Positions 39,269 through 53,979 of a DNA stretch of 64,000 nucleotides are shown here, piece by piece. Origin of the DNA: Octopus sinensis (Eukaryota). Both the position numbers and the translations under genes were made by a program. How positions within the stretch are numbered: the first letter of the stretch is position 1; every line of letters starts with the position of its first letter. The DNA lies in assembly GCF_006345805.1 (NCBI RefSeq), contig NC_042998.1:65844001-65908000 (forward strand), given 5' to 3'. A model generated the notes under the pieces. It was not told the origin of the DNA and ran no database searches. It was given only the letters and a program-made list of their open reading frames with translations.

Positions 39269-41827
39269 ATATATATATATATATATAGATAGAGAGATAG
39301 ATAGATACATATATACATACATACATACATACATACTTTCATAAAAAAGTGATCTTCAATACCCTCTTGGTATGACGACTTGGGTAACCTCAAGCATTGA
39401 CAAGGTTTGTATAAATGATATAAACTACATGATAATCAATCAATAAGTGTTTTTGATCACTGTATCCAATACATTTAGTCCTATATTGAATTACATAGAA
39501 ATTCCAAAAAGATGGCCGCTGCTCTACAACTCCTGGACATAGCAGCGGCTGTTGCTAAGTATGTGATAACTAATTTTGTGAAGGGTTGTGCACATTTCAT
39601 TCATTTCAACAGTCGATAAGCATTGGGGTATAAATTGATCAAGTAATCAATCACATTTCTCCTCTAACACCATAAACTAGTGACTGTTGATATATAGCAA
39701 CTGTTACGGTTTCTCTTCATGAATTCCTTTCGTTTTTGGACATATAAGAAACAATTAAAAAGTACTCGAAGGGAAGAAACACTGAACATTTATGAGGCAG
39801 CTTCAAATCACATAATATGGGTTCCTCGAATATTTTGAAACATATGTAGTATACGACTGGTTTTTTTTCCATTCCCTGTGGCTAAATAACAACGAAAATA
39901 TAATTATATATCTTATACTATTACTTATCAATAAAGTAACACACTGAGGAAAAGAAACCTTTCAAAATGGTGTTAAACATCCAATTCACTGGCACATCAG
40001 TTGGATACAATATAAATATAGGTAAAATTCAATAATATAGATAAATTAAATATACAGATATTCTATTGATAATCTATTCATTTATTTATATTACAATATT
40101 ACATTAAATAATATGAATATAATAAACAACAAAACATAATATTATATAAATAATAATAAAAATACATTAAAAAGCCAACAAATTATTTCGACTTATATAT
40201 TTTTTCTGAAGTAACTTCTATATAATGGAATTCTGATTATATATATAAAAAAAAAAAATATATATATATATACATCGAAATAATTTTCTGGCCTTTTATG
40301 GTTTTTATTATTATTCATATAATACTATGTTATGTTATATATTATATTCGTAGTATTTAATGTGATATTACAATATAAATGAATTATTGGATTGTCAACA
40401 GAATATCTCTATATTTAAGTTATCTTTATTACCTATTAATATTCAACTATACAAAATGCAGGGAGGTGTCGAACTCGTTACCGTGCCGGGCAAAATGCTT
40501 AGCGGGGTTTCGTCCACGTTTATATTCTATAAGATAGTATTGAAGATCACATTTTTTATGAATGTATGTATGTATGTCTGTATGTCTGTATGTATGTATG
40601 TATGTATGTATCTATCTATCTATTTATCTATCTATCTATCGAATTTGGCTTTCCTCATTCCAGAGTCGATAAGATAAGTACCAGTCCAGCACAGGTGTCG
40701 ATATAATCGACTTACGCGGCCCCTCGATATTTCTAGCCTTGTGCCAAAATTTGAAGTTTATATTTAAACGAACGATAACTAAACATATTCAGCAACTTTT
40801 GGGAGAGAACGGTAGTCGGCTTGCCTCAACTGTCATACACAGTAATTGATTGGTAGATCATTTCAAATACATATAGGGAATGAACGCTAGGTTTAACTCA
40901 GTTGGAATTAGAACGAAAAGGTAACCAGAATGATATAACCGGGGCCAGTTACGTTGTTTACAAAAGCTGAACATCACATGTATATAAGGAAAAATTAATT
41001 TCAAACTACATAAGCAGGAAAACAACCTACGTAAATTAATTTAGGGAAGCCTCATAACACATAGTGAAATCAATGGGATTATCAAAACCTAAGCAAAGAG
41101 GATGATCGGTAATACATAGAATGTTTCACATGATATTCGTAACTTAAATTCAAAATTAAATTAAAAATTCCTATGAACATGTGAATTACGAACGGCATCT
41201 ATTGAAACTACTAGTTCCGAAGAATTTTACCGACACACTTGGCATTATAAGTATTCAAACAAGTCGTGTGGTAGCTGAAAAAATGTGTACGAATATTTGA
41301 AGTTGCGGCTGTGTAATTTACTTCACAATATTGGTTCCCATAAAACAGCAGGTGTATTTGAATGAACAAAACAATTATCCTAAATCGTGTCAACTGAGTT
41401 ACGGTATATGTGTATTAGCAACGTAAATTTCAAGATGATTTTGACGTTCCAAAATATTAATTTTAAATGGTCTTCTACATACACATAACCATACCAGATT
41501 TACGCTGCCAGTTTTGCAAACCACGTCAGTAATATAGAAATTCAGATGTGCATAGACAAACAAATAAACATACACATATTTACACATGCACACATACAGG
41601 TGTGTGAGAAAGAGAGAGAGGGAGAGATAGTGTGTGTGAGTGCGCGCATTGCTGTGTATGTAATTGTGCTCCCTTTCTATGAGTGCATTACTAATGGAAT
41701 AATTACCGGGTTGGATTTAATCGACTAGAATCTCCAAGACAGCGTTCTAGCTCGTCCGTAATTCTATGACAGAGACAGGAAAACCATAAAAAGTATATAT
41801 ATATATACATACATATTTAGCTAGTCA

Positions 41828-41991
41828 AGCGGCTGTGTGGTAAGTAGTTTGCTTACCAACCAAATGGCTCCGGATTCAGTCCCACTGCGTGGCATCTTGG
41901 GCAAGTGTCTTCTACTATAGCCTCGGGCCGACCAAAGACTTGTGAGTTTATTTGGTAGACGGAAACTGAAAGAAGCCCGTCGTATATATGA

Positions 41992-42027
<36 letters not shown>

Positions 42028-42245
42028 TGTGTACCTGTGTGTTTGTGTGTCTGTGTATGTCTCCACAACATTGCTGACAACCGATGGTGGTGTGTTTACG
42101 TCCCCGTAACTTAGCGGTTAGGCAAAAGAGACCGATAGAATAAGTACTAAGCTTACAAAGAATAAGTTCTGGGGTCGATTTGCTCGACTAAATGCGGTAA
42201 TCCAGCATGGCTGCAGTGAAATAACTGAAACAAGTAAAAGAATAT
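41828..42245 (+). mobile_element. SINE family 1, near full length
   Basis: gcggctgtgtggtaagtag head through gactaaatgcggtaatccagcatggc...gaaacaagtaaaag. Confidence 0.9.
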
Positions 42246-43707
42246 AAGAAATTGAGGACATCTTTTCCACATAAGAGATGAATAAATCCAAAATTTCATT
42301 GGTTCTTTCACCAACACTGTTGTTAAATGTCTCTTCGATATGTATAGGATTATAATATGTATATATATGATTAAAGAAGAAGAATGGAGAATTGGAAATG
42401 TTGTAAAATTTATTTATTAACATAACGTTAAGATAAAATCCAACTAAAGTAAAATAAAAACCTACGTACGTTTCAATTCAGTCCAATCTATAGAGATTTC
42501 ATATTCTAAAACTGATATAAATCCAGTGATAAATATATAATAACATTTTGATAAATATTGGGTAAAATCTTGTCAGACTTTGAGCATATTTGAAAATAGT
42601 TACATGTTTCCGGATAGAATCTTATCGATAGAGTGAGAAAGTTGAGAAATATATATTCATTATATGTAGGTATATGCTAATGATATAAGAAATAATAAAA
42701 TTGACATAAAGAATAATTTTTAAATTTAAAAATGATATTAAAATAACGCAAAACAACTAGTGTAAGGGTAAAACATAAAAATAGAAATAAAATAGAAATG
42801 AAAGGATATTGTTGTGTGTAGGGAGAGTCATTCTCTTTTAGTGCCCTATTATTTAACACAGTTACCGGTGAAGTTTCCACTCATTTACTAATTTATGCTT
42901 TCTAAAATTTTCGTTGTGTTTTGCAACATTTTCAATAGTCAACACACGAACTCGCAGTAAGAATCTTGCTAACCAAATCCAAAATCGAAATAAATATATT
43001 GCATAAGGTGAAGCAAAACAAACCTCTTTTTTCTAAGTAAATTTCTATTGATTTACATAATCAATGTATATTATTTTCTATGTATTTATCATTATGAAAT
43101 CCTATCGAATAACATTGCTTTCTTTATGTGTGTATGAGTGTGTGGCCGTGTGTGTGTGTAGATTAATTCAAATACAATAACCATTAAAAATGTGTATTAT
43201 GTATATATCTGTTTATACACACATAAACACATAGCGTACGTAAATTTGTTTGCCTATAGTTATCTCTGTTATATACGTGTGTATAATCATGCATGTGTGT
43301 GCAGAGGCAGGAAAAATATAATTACATACATGATATTTTTTTAAAGATTGAATAGAGGCAATAATTATTATTTTGAATATTTTGATACTTTTAATGAAAG
43401 TTAATCAAAAATATTAAAATTAAAGTAAGATTATTAATTATTAATAGATCATTATAGAGCAAAAAAATGCGTATTACGTGGCTGCCAAATATGGATTAGT
43501 TAATTATTACGCCATTAAATTATGTTTACTTAAAGCAACATCAGGATTATTTGTACAGAAGTGTATGCAATTATATAACTATTAAAAGGATCAATTGATT
43601 ATTTTAATTATTTCAATTTGAATTATGTAAAGACTGTTGATTTTACGATACTACTTAATAGTAAATTATATATATTATATAATTTAATATTATTTCGAAA
43701 TTAATTT

Positions 43708-43762
<55 letters not shown>

Positions 43763-44552
43763 CATATATATATAAAAGCAGAAATGTGTGTGTGTACGTG
43801 AATGTAATGTATGCGTGTTCACAAAGTACGCATGTCGCTCCAATTTTAGGAGGACATTTGTCATGATCCCAGCTGTATTTTCGTCAACGTATTTTTTCTC
43901 TAAGTCACCGGCGAATAGCGGTAAAAATAAAATTTCAACCAAAACTTTTAACAATTTTGAAGTCGGAAAAATCCACCATTGTTAGCAAACATGAGTTAAG
44001 TCCCCCTTTTAGCGATGAGTAAGTTTTTCTTAAGACTTTTGTCCATCGAAGAAAAGTGTTTTGTCAATAACATACACACACAAGCACATAAATATACACA
44101 CAAACTTACGTACTCCTATTGCATACATGTTTTTTGTACGCGTACATGTTCATGTGTGTGTGTGTGTGTGTGTGTGACTGAAGCCATCTAAACGTAAATA
44201 CATACATAACAACCTCCTCTCTCTCTTTGTCAATCGCTTACAAAAAAGCGAAATTTCAAAACATCTGTTATCACTCTCTCTCTCTCTCTCTTCACACACA
44301 CTAACAAAACAGAAGGAGAGATAGATAACATATATTTTCATTTCCTTTTTTAGTGAGTGATTGAGAGACAAAAAGAGAAAGAGAGGTTGAATGTATGTGT
44401 GACGGCTTCAGTCACACATACACAAACATATATGCGAGCAAAAAACATGTATACAAGACATACGTACGTATCCGTGTGTATGTGTGTGTGTGGTGTATTC
44501 TCCATATATATATATATAATATATATATATATAATATATATATATATAATAT

Positions 44553-44610
<58 letters not shown>

Positions 44611-45255
44611 GGACTTAGTTGTGATCTGAACATAACCGCTTCTGACACACAGGAACAGGAGCGTTCTATTCTATTTTCCTTAGTGGAAGGGTTCCCAAAA
44701 CCACGGACAAAAGGGATTTGGATGATGGGGGATATTTTCAATGGGCTGGCATGTGCAACCTGATTACCAATGCCGATAAACGTCCCAACCAATGCTCACC
44801 CGTTGAGATACTGATTCTGCAGATGTTTTTGAATTAGCAATATTGTGTTCGGTTAAGTCCTATATGGGGGGAAAAATCAATAAACGGATGCCTTATGGGG
44901 CTTTTCATTTAATCAGGATAAAAATATCTATAAAGTGATCACTTAAAGCATTTCCCAATTAAAATTGTCTACACTACATTTTGAACCATAACATTTACCA
45001 AATTTGATGTAATTTGTTCAAACTTGATGCCAGCATCTTTAAATGCTCTAAATTCTCCAAAAATGAAAAGAAAATCAATGAGTGGAAAAAATCAATAAAC
45101 CGATTCGTCGTAGAATTTCCCAATCAAGTTGTCTGCATCTCATTTTCAGCCAAAAGTTGTCCAATTTCAACGGGATTTCACTCAAATTCGACATCGATGT
45201 TCCTTAGTTTGGTTTGAAATAAAGAAGTTGATTAGTTTAATAACCCTAACTTAAT

Positions 45256-45280
45256 CCCGGACGTAGCCGGGACATACTGC
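45256..45280 (+). mobile_element. Helitron-type 3' hairpin lacking the terminal CTAG
   Basis: CCCGG-acgtag-CCGGG-acatactgc resembles the 6892-6925 terminus. The expected TAG is replaced by the hammerhead-bearing sequence. Confidence 0.4.
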
Positions 45281-45337
45281 GTCCATTACAACCTTCGAAC
45301 AGGGGAGGTCAGCCGCTTCACCTTGCTAGTCAGACAT

Positions 45338-45378
45338 CTGCAGACATGTTTCAGAGTTGTCACCCTTTATCAATGCAG
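45338..45378 (-). ncRNA. Minimal type I hammerhead with U3-A8 covariant core
   Basis: CTGCA-TTGATAA-AGGGT gaca ACTCT-GAA-AC at GT-C-TGCAG. 5-bp stems I and II, GUC triplet, ACATGT palindrome. Confidence 0.7.
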
Positions 45379-45526
45379 CGCAGTAAGAACTAGCAGGTGT
45401 CGCTACTGACTGTCTGTTCGAAGATTTTAATTACCTACTTACAGTGGAATAGATCCACTTGTTTTCAATAATAGAAATATTAAAATTACTAAGTCTCTCT
45501 AAAGGAGATTACGGCAGCGTTACTGG

Positions 45527-45728
45527 ATGTTAATAGTTATCGCCATACTAATATGGCAGTCTATAAATAAGACTAAAGCTGTCGCTGATTATCTCCAAAA
45601 GGCCATCGCCATTAGCTAGCTTGGTTCGTGTGTCATATAGCTAGCTAGAGACGATGGCCTCTTGGAGCTAATCAGCGACAGCTTTAGTCTTATTTATAGA
45701 CTGCTATATTAGTATGGCGATAACTATT

Positions 45729-45733
<5 letters not shown>
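45527..45733. repeat. Long near-perfect inverted repeat (arms ~82 bp plus an inner 9-bp stem)
   Basis: atgttaatagttatcgcc...ggccatcg versus cgatggcc...ggcgataactattaacat. Confidence 0.95.
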
Positions 45734-45790
<57 letters not shown>

Positions 45791-46559
45791 GTGTGTGTGT
45801 GTGTGTGGTGTGTGTATGAAATTATCAAAAGGATCAATTGATTATTTTAATTATTTCAATTAGAATTATGCAAAGACTGTTGAATTTACGATTCTACTTA
45901 ATAGTAAATTATATATATTATATATATATATATATTATATATATATCTATATATATATATATATGTTTGTCTGTTTACGTATATCTATTGTATGTGTGTG
46001 TGTGTCAAATTATACGGTTATTATAATTAGATATAATACATATTTAAAGTTACATTAGTATAAAATAAAAATAATAAAACATAAATATAATCCATTTTGT
46101 AATATTAATTAAAGTTAGTCAAGATTGTTATCAATAAATTCATTATTGAAAGATGGATTAGTTTTATATTTCGTGGCTATATAGAATTATAGTAGTACTA
46201 CTGCCATGTGGTATTATCCGTATCAGAATTTGGGATATAGTAATTGTAAGTGTTTGTTTTAGTGGAATATACACAAGGTATATTGTTTAGTCTCATTTAT
46301 GTGATTACTATAATTTCCAATTCTGTCAGTTTTTCTGAATTTCCAGTTATACTGAACAGTAGCATTATAATTGTGAATATTAATTTTATGATTTGCGTTG
46401 TCCATATTTACGACATTTCTATCTCTTTCACTTCTAGCTACATCATTTACATTCTTAATTTTAGTTTTAGTCCTTTTATCGTACTTATTTGTATTACTAT
46501 GTGTTCTATCATGTGAATCATTTCATGCGATATTTACAATAGCTCTGTTATATTTGATT

Positions 46560-47960
46560 ATATGTTATTATCCTGCTTTTGCAGGTGCATTGGTATAGTA
46601 AGTATTATTTTTGTTTGAAATATCCACATTAGATTAAAGGTAATTTTTTTTCAATATTTGAAGTAATTAATTAGTCACTTTGGATGATTAGTTTTAAAGT
46701 TAATGTAATTTAATTTAGAATTAGGTTTACGGTAAGGCGTGTGTTTTCCTGTATTAAGTTTGAAATTTTCATCTAAGAAGTTGAAAGAGATTTTTCTGTT
46801 TTTATATAGAAATAGATAGTCCGAATCTTTTAAAATAACGATGGAATTTTTTCTTCTATATTTCTAGTTTCCTTTTGATGAAAAAAATAGTATCATCTCT
46901 ATACAGACCATCCCCTATTTCTGGAAATTCATTATTTAAATTAAATAATATATATATTTCTAAATGATCTGTCACCTGCGCCAAATCGGCTGATCTCATT
47001 GTCATGTCAAAACAGTCATAGGTATCTTTTTGAACCCAACATTTATTATCAAAATGTAGAACAGATTTTGTAGCTGCTAATATTAAATTTATTTCATTTA
47101 TACTCATTTTTGTGTCTTACCTAGCGAATCGAGGTGCGTTATTAAGATTATTGGGTTAATGGACGTATAATAATCATTAATATGAACTTGCAAGAATTTA
47201 TATTTATTCTTGTTTTCAATATTATTGAAGCAACTTATTACCCCCTGTGTATTAAACCAAAGTTCCAATTTGATATTTGTTCTTCAATACAGGTATATAT
47301 TTGTAAATAATAAATTTGCTTACTTTCCCTGCGTGTGATTTTCTTGAGCAAATTAATCTCACCTTGTGGTCAATTTCAAAATTTAATTTATGGTCCTTCA
47401 ATGTGATTCTCTCCCTCAATGGAATGAAAGGTTCTCTCCTACCATTTATAGAATAATTCGACATAATTTGTTTACATTGACGATTGATCGAACATCATAT
47501 ATTGTTATTAAATACTTTATATTTCATACTGGTTTGCTTTGTAAGTAGTTCATGAAATTTTGTAATTCTTTTAATGGAAATATTTTCAGTTTTGTCCCAG
47601 TGAATTATAATACCGTTTTTGTTTACAGTGCTGAAATTAAGGATTATAATTTTCCCAATGTGCATTCCTAAGAGGGTGCTTAACAAATTTAACAGTTTTC
47701 ACTGTATTCCACAGAATTTCGTCGTAATGTTCCAGAAGACATTCAAGTTGTGGGAATTTTCTTATTTTAAAATATTTTTGTATTATCTTAGCCTCCTTGT
47801 TTCTAATTTCATATTTTGCCTTGAATGTTCTTTCGAATTGGTAGGCCCTCCTTTTTCGTCTATGGAAAACTTCATTAATTTGTCTTCTTATGTCTTTCAT
47901 GCAATCCTTATACATACAGATATGCATACATATATATATATATGTGTGTGTGTATGCATC
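46560..47960 (-). pseudogene. Decayed Penelope-like element, reverse transcriptase region
   Basis: ITLKDHKLNF..VRLICSRKSHAGKVSK, LHFDNKCWVQK..FDMTMRS.D.AQV, GLYRDD and FNFLDENFKLNTGKHTPYRKPNSKLNYINFKTNHP are colinear with PLE RT motifs. Confidence 0.85.
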
Positions 47961-48303
47961 TATACATCCTACATATTTTCTGCAATGTGCACTAAGTTGC
48001 GTCAAGAAAATATAAAGGTGCAGAAAGGGGAAACAAATGACTGAATACGGAATAAAAGAGCATATATAAAACTGTGTTGTCCTAATTATTGAGTCATCAT
48101 TTCTTCTCTACCGACAACGTGCAGTTTTTAAAGAGATATATGGGATTAGCCATGTGAAGATCTACTGAGTATACTAAAATAAACTAACAGACATTTTTCT
48201 TCACACACGGCTTTTAGCCACGCATTACAAAGCAGGAAAAGTGAATACGGTACCTGGAAGTATTCCGTATCCCAATCGACCTAATTTGGAAATTCATCTC
48301 TCC

Positions 48304-48419
<116 letters not shown>

Positions 48420-49301
48420 GTATATAATATATACAAGGTAGACTTACTTGGAATTGGATGCGTCGAGTTCAAGGATATTAGATTAATTATATTATATATA
48501 TATATATAATATATATATAATATATATATATACATATATAGATACATATGAATGTATAGATACACACATATAATATATACATATACATGTATATATATGT
48601 GTGTATATATACATATATATATATATATGTATATGTGTGTGTGTATATGCACACACACATATATATGTACATACATATTCATATGCATATACACAGCTGC
48701 ATTTATGTATATGTAGGTATATTTTATAATTATATATATTATGAATATTTTACACTTTTGTAGTAGATTGTATTGGCCACTAGGTGTTGGTTTATTTACC
48801 CTCGAAGTGATGAAACTTTCAGTAAACCAAGGATGCCTTTTTATTATGTAATACACATAGTTTGTTATCGAATGTTTTCAAAATTCATGCCAAAGCCTTC
48901 ACCATCATATGTTTGTTTTCGTTCGTTGATTTTTCATTATATAACGTTATATTTATTTTTGTGTTCTTATTCCTCTCCTTCACTCTGTCTATGTATGCAT
49001 ATATTTGTTTGTGTGAGTGTGTGTCTGTGTACGTGTGAGTGTATGTCCAGAAGTTTGAATTATATATGCCAACCGTATGAGACAGAATATGCAATGCAAT
49101 TTGTGAGTTGAATGTATGGTAAGAACGCTCTGAATATAATGATTTCGTTGAGCAAAATGCCTATTCATTCAAATATTTCACTCTGAGCAGAATGGTCAAT
49201 CACTTTCTGCTTGCGTCCAACTTATAACTGAATTGAGAAGAATGTTGCACTAATGAACACGTCAGTGATTTTTAAAAAAATAATTCTCATTCTCCTGAAC
49301 A

Positions 49302-49724
49302 CTAACGTACATGTGCATGAGCAATTTTCAGTGACATAGCAGTAGAGAAAGAAAACAATATTTGAGAAAAAAATGTCAATGCAAATAATGGAGCAAACGC
49401 CTTGGTTTCTAAAATATTCATAAAATCACTCCAAAATATGAAATTCAATAAAATCTGCTCGAAAGAAAACTCATTGAATAATAACAGAAAACACTTCACA
49501 TGAAAACATGAACTCGGAGAAGCAATGAAATCACCCCAAGAGTATATAGAATAAGTAAATCTCATGAGTAAAGCCAGTAACAGAAAGTATTTTATGGTAT
49601 ATACTATAAGACAGAATTCAAATCTCAATGAAAAAGGTAAATAAACTGTGATAAAAGTAACTAAGTCGTTAATAAAAGCATACAATATTGGCGCTAAAGT
49701 GTGAGAAATGAAACGGAAAACCAT
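49302..49724 (-). CDS. Putative multi-pass membrane protein ORF fragment (weak iGluR/ionotropic-receptor-like M1-M3 spacing), copy 1
   Basis: 140 stop-free codons in AT-rich DNA. PFSLRFEFCLIV...LLMRFT and FFSQILFSFSTAM align by eye with iGluR M1 and M3 (FFTLIIISSYTAN). Identity unverified. Confidence 0.3.
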   Translation of the reverse strand: MVFRFISHTLAPILYAFINDLVTFITVYLPFSLRFEFCLIVYTIKYFLLLALLMRFTYSIYSWGDFIASPSSCFHVKCFLLLFNEFSFEQILLNFIFWSDFMNILETKAFAPLFALTFFSQILFSFSTAMSLKIAHAHVR

Positions 49725-49916
49725 AATATGACAACGTGGAAAATATTAAAATTGATAGCGAAATAACTACACAACTTCTGCAAATATGTACACCCTAGTG
49801 TACACAACACATTCACATATATACATTTAAATGTAAATATATAAGTTAATATATATTATATATTATATATATTATATATATATGTATATATATATATATT
49901 TATATATATATGGAAC

Positions 49917-49990
<74 letters not shown>

Positions 49991-50729
49991 ATATATTGTA
50001 TATATATATACATATATCTATATATATGTATATAGATATATATATATACATATATATATTTATATATATACATATAAGATATATATATATATATATATAA
50101 TATATACATATTGTATATATACATATATATATATATATGTATATGTGTGTGTGTATATGCACACACACATATATATGTACATACATATTCATATGCATAT
50201 ACACAGCTGCCTTATGTATATGTAGGTATATTTTATAATTATATATATTATGAATATTTTACACTTTTGTAGTAGATTGTATTGGCCACTAGGTGTTGGT
50301 TTATTTACCCTCGAAGTGATGAAACTTTCAGTAAACCAAGGATGCCTTTTTATTATGTAATACACATAGTTTGTTATCGAATGTTTTCAAAATTCATGCC
50401 AAAGCCTTCACCATCATATGTTTGTTTTCGTTCGTTGATTTTTCATTATATAACGTTATATTTATTTTTGTGTTCTTATTCCTCTCCTTCACTCTGTCTA
50501 TGTATGCATATATTTGTTTGTGTGAGTGTGTGTCTGTGTACGTGTGAGTGTATGTCAGAAGTTTGAATTATATATGCCAACCGTATGAGACAGAATATGC
50601 AATGCAATTGTGAGTTGAATGTATGGTAAGAACGCTCTGAATATAATGATTTCGTTGAGCAAAATGCCTATTCATTCAAATATTTCACTCTGAGCAGAAT
50701 GGTCAATCACTTTCTGCTTGCGGTCCAAC

Positions 50730-51329
50730 TTATAACTGAATTGAGAAGAATGTTGCACTAATGAACAAGTCAGTGATTTTTAAAAAAATAATTCTCATTC
50801 TCCTGAACACTAACGTACATGTGCAATGAGCAATTTTCAGTGACATAGCAGTAGAGAAAGAAAACAATATTTGAGAAAAAAATGTCAATGCAAATAATGG
50901 AGCAAACGCATTGGTTTCTAAAATATTCATAAAATCACTCCAAAATATTGAAATTCAATAAAATCTGCTCGAAAGAAAAACTCATGAATAATAACAAAGA
51001 AAACACTTCACATGAAAACATGAACTCGGAGAAGCAATGAAATCACCCCAAGAGTATATAGAATAAGTAAATCTCATGAGTAAAGCCAGTAACAAAAAGT
51101 ATTTTATGGTATATACTATAAGACAGAATTCAAATCTCAATGAAAAAGGTAAATAAACTGTGATAAAAGTAACTAAGTCGTTAATAAAAGCATACAATAT
51201 TGGCGCTAAAGTGTGAGAAATGAAACGGAAAAAACCATAAAATATGACAACGTGGAAAATATTAAAATTGATAGCGAAATAACTACACAACTTCTGCAAA
51301 TATGTACACCCTAGTGTACACAAACACAT
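50730..51329 (-). pseudogene. Second, frameshifted copy of the same putative membrane-protein ORF
   Basis: ORFs 50982-51329 and 50730-50930 reproduce the copy-1 peptide with different frameshifts. Confidence 0.3.
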
Positions 51330-51349
51330 TCACATATATACATTTAAAT

Positions 51350-51992
<643 letters not shown>

Positions 51993-52200
51993 CATGTGAC
52001 CGTGACCGCGTGTGTATCCTTCGCGATTTTTTTCTCCGTTTTAACTTCTCTGGATCTTCCTTTTCCTATGTTTCTGACGATGAGTTCCACTCGAAATGTT
52101 AAACCCTCCTTCTTCCCTTCCTTCCTGAGCGTCCAATAATACTATATTTGTTCACGTCCTCATGTTGTTTTGTTTTCTCTTTGTGTTTTCATGTTTGGAT

Positions 52201-52279
<79 letters not shown>

Positions 52280-53893
52280 ATATATATATTATAGTTTTAA
52301 TAACAATATATATCGAATAGTATTTAGTTAACTGTAGTAGGACTCAGACTCTGTAATCATGTTAGTAATTAGCAAGTGATTTAAACTAATCATTTTAATA
52401 TTTGGGCTTTTGTGCATTTGGCCTTCTCGTATGTATAATGGGCAGAATGTACTCAGGAGCATTTAGACATTTACTTGTTCGTCAAGTATAACCACCACTT
52501 CGAACTCTGTTGGCTATTTATGCTTTTAGATTTAGCACTGAACTTGTAGGTAAATGCGCTAGTAACTTCCTCCCCTAACGGTAGCCTCCACTTAACCGTT
52601 AGTTACTACCGTACAGTTGCCCGTATTTATGTTGGGATGCTGTAAAATGACACAAGGGAGATTACACCACTTACGACATAGACTACTCCATCAGAATGTG
52701 TTTTCACTGTTTTATTTACAACTATCCTATAACGGTTTTCGATTGCCCTTCGTTATAAATTTAACTTACCAATTATAGAGATAGCCGGAGTTTGTTCAAT
52801 TCCAGTACAGACAGCTGGTTGTTGGTCTTTAGAATATTTCAGTAAGTATGCTATTATTACAACTTTATGGGTATCGTTTCTGGATAAATATTAATTAGCT
52901 CTATTTACGAAACCATAAGTACTATTCTTTTTCTAGACTTATTGGCGATCCCTGTTATACTTAAATACAAATTTAATACTCTGGAACCCTAACGAAAGAC
53001 TAATCCTCTATTTTTTCTACTTTATTTGCTAGTTTATTCATTTGCTCTTCGACTTCAAGCTTTACACTGCTATATTTATATAATTCTAATCTATTAAGCG
53101 TTCCTTCCTCATCTCGAGTCCCTGTTTACCCCCCCCCCCCATTCTCTTATTTTATATATTTGTATTCACTCTGATGAAACTCCACGTACTAGTTCGGATG
53201 TGCTATAGAGATGGCGAATATTATTCTCCTAATTTTCTTTGGCGGCACCAAGTGACATTGCTAGCAGAAAAGGTTGCAAGCAATGTTAAATCTTTGTATT
53301 TAAAAATATTTATACCATGGTAGTCAGTTTGCTTGTTGATAATACGTTTTCTCCATTATCTGTATATTTTAATCTCACGTTTATTCTGTTATTACCTGTA
53401 CCCTATGTGCACCCTAAGCATAATATGCTTGCATACCCATGCCCAGGGTTAACATAAGTAATTTACACCTGTAGTAATAACGGATATTCTTATCCCTTAG
53501 ACCGTTACTCTAACCGCTAACTCTACTTACCTATATATATAAAGTAGCTAACCACTTAATTCATTACTTCAACATGGAACGCATCATTCATAATGCTGCC
53601 AAAATACTGCCTGTGTTTTCCTGGGATTGTACCTATAGACTATACCTTCACGGAAGTACGGACCAACCTTCACACCCTCTGGAAAATGATGAGCTGTGAA
53701 TTTCCTGGTCTAGAACTTTCATACATACTCACATTGTCTCTGATGACGGAATGCCCAGTGTACTGACATGCTAGCAAATCACTTGGGATATCCCAGATTC
53801 AGCTGTACGGCTTCAAAATTCACGTTACCCTAATTAAGTTATTTTAAATGTCTTGAGGTATTTGTCCTGGCTTGATTTTTGTGTCCTCTTTCC

Positions 53894-53979
<86 letters not shown>

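Noticed and set aside
53171-53210. CTGATGA-AACT...AGTT hammerhead-like start
   Set aside because: The GAAA half of the core is absent (CGGATG). At best a relic.
52580-53800. Possible third PLE fossil (IYVG...RLHH; YLH...HP)
   Set aside because: Motifs are too short, frames inconsistent and their order unclear without a profile search.
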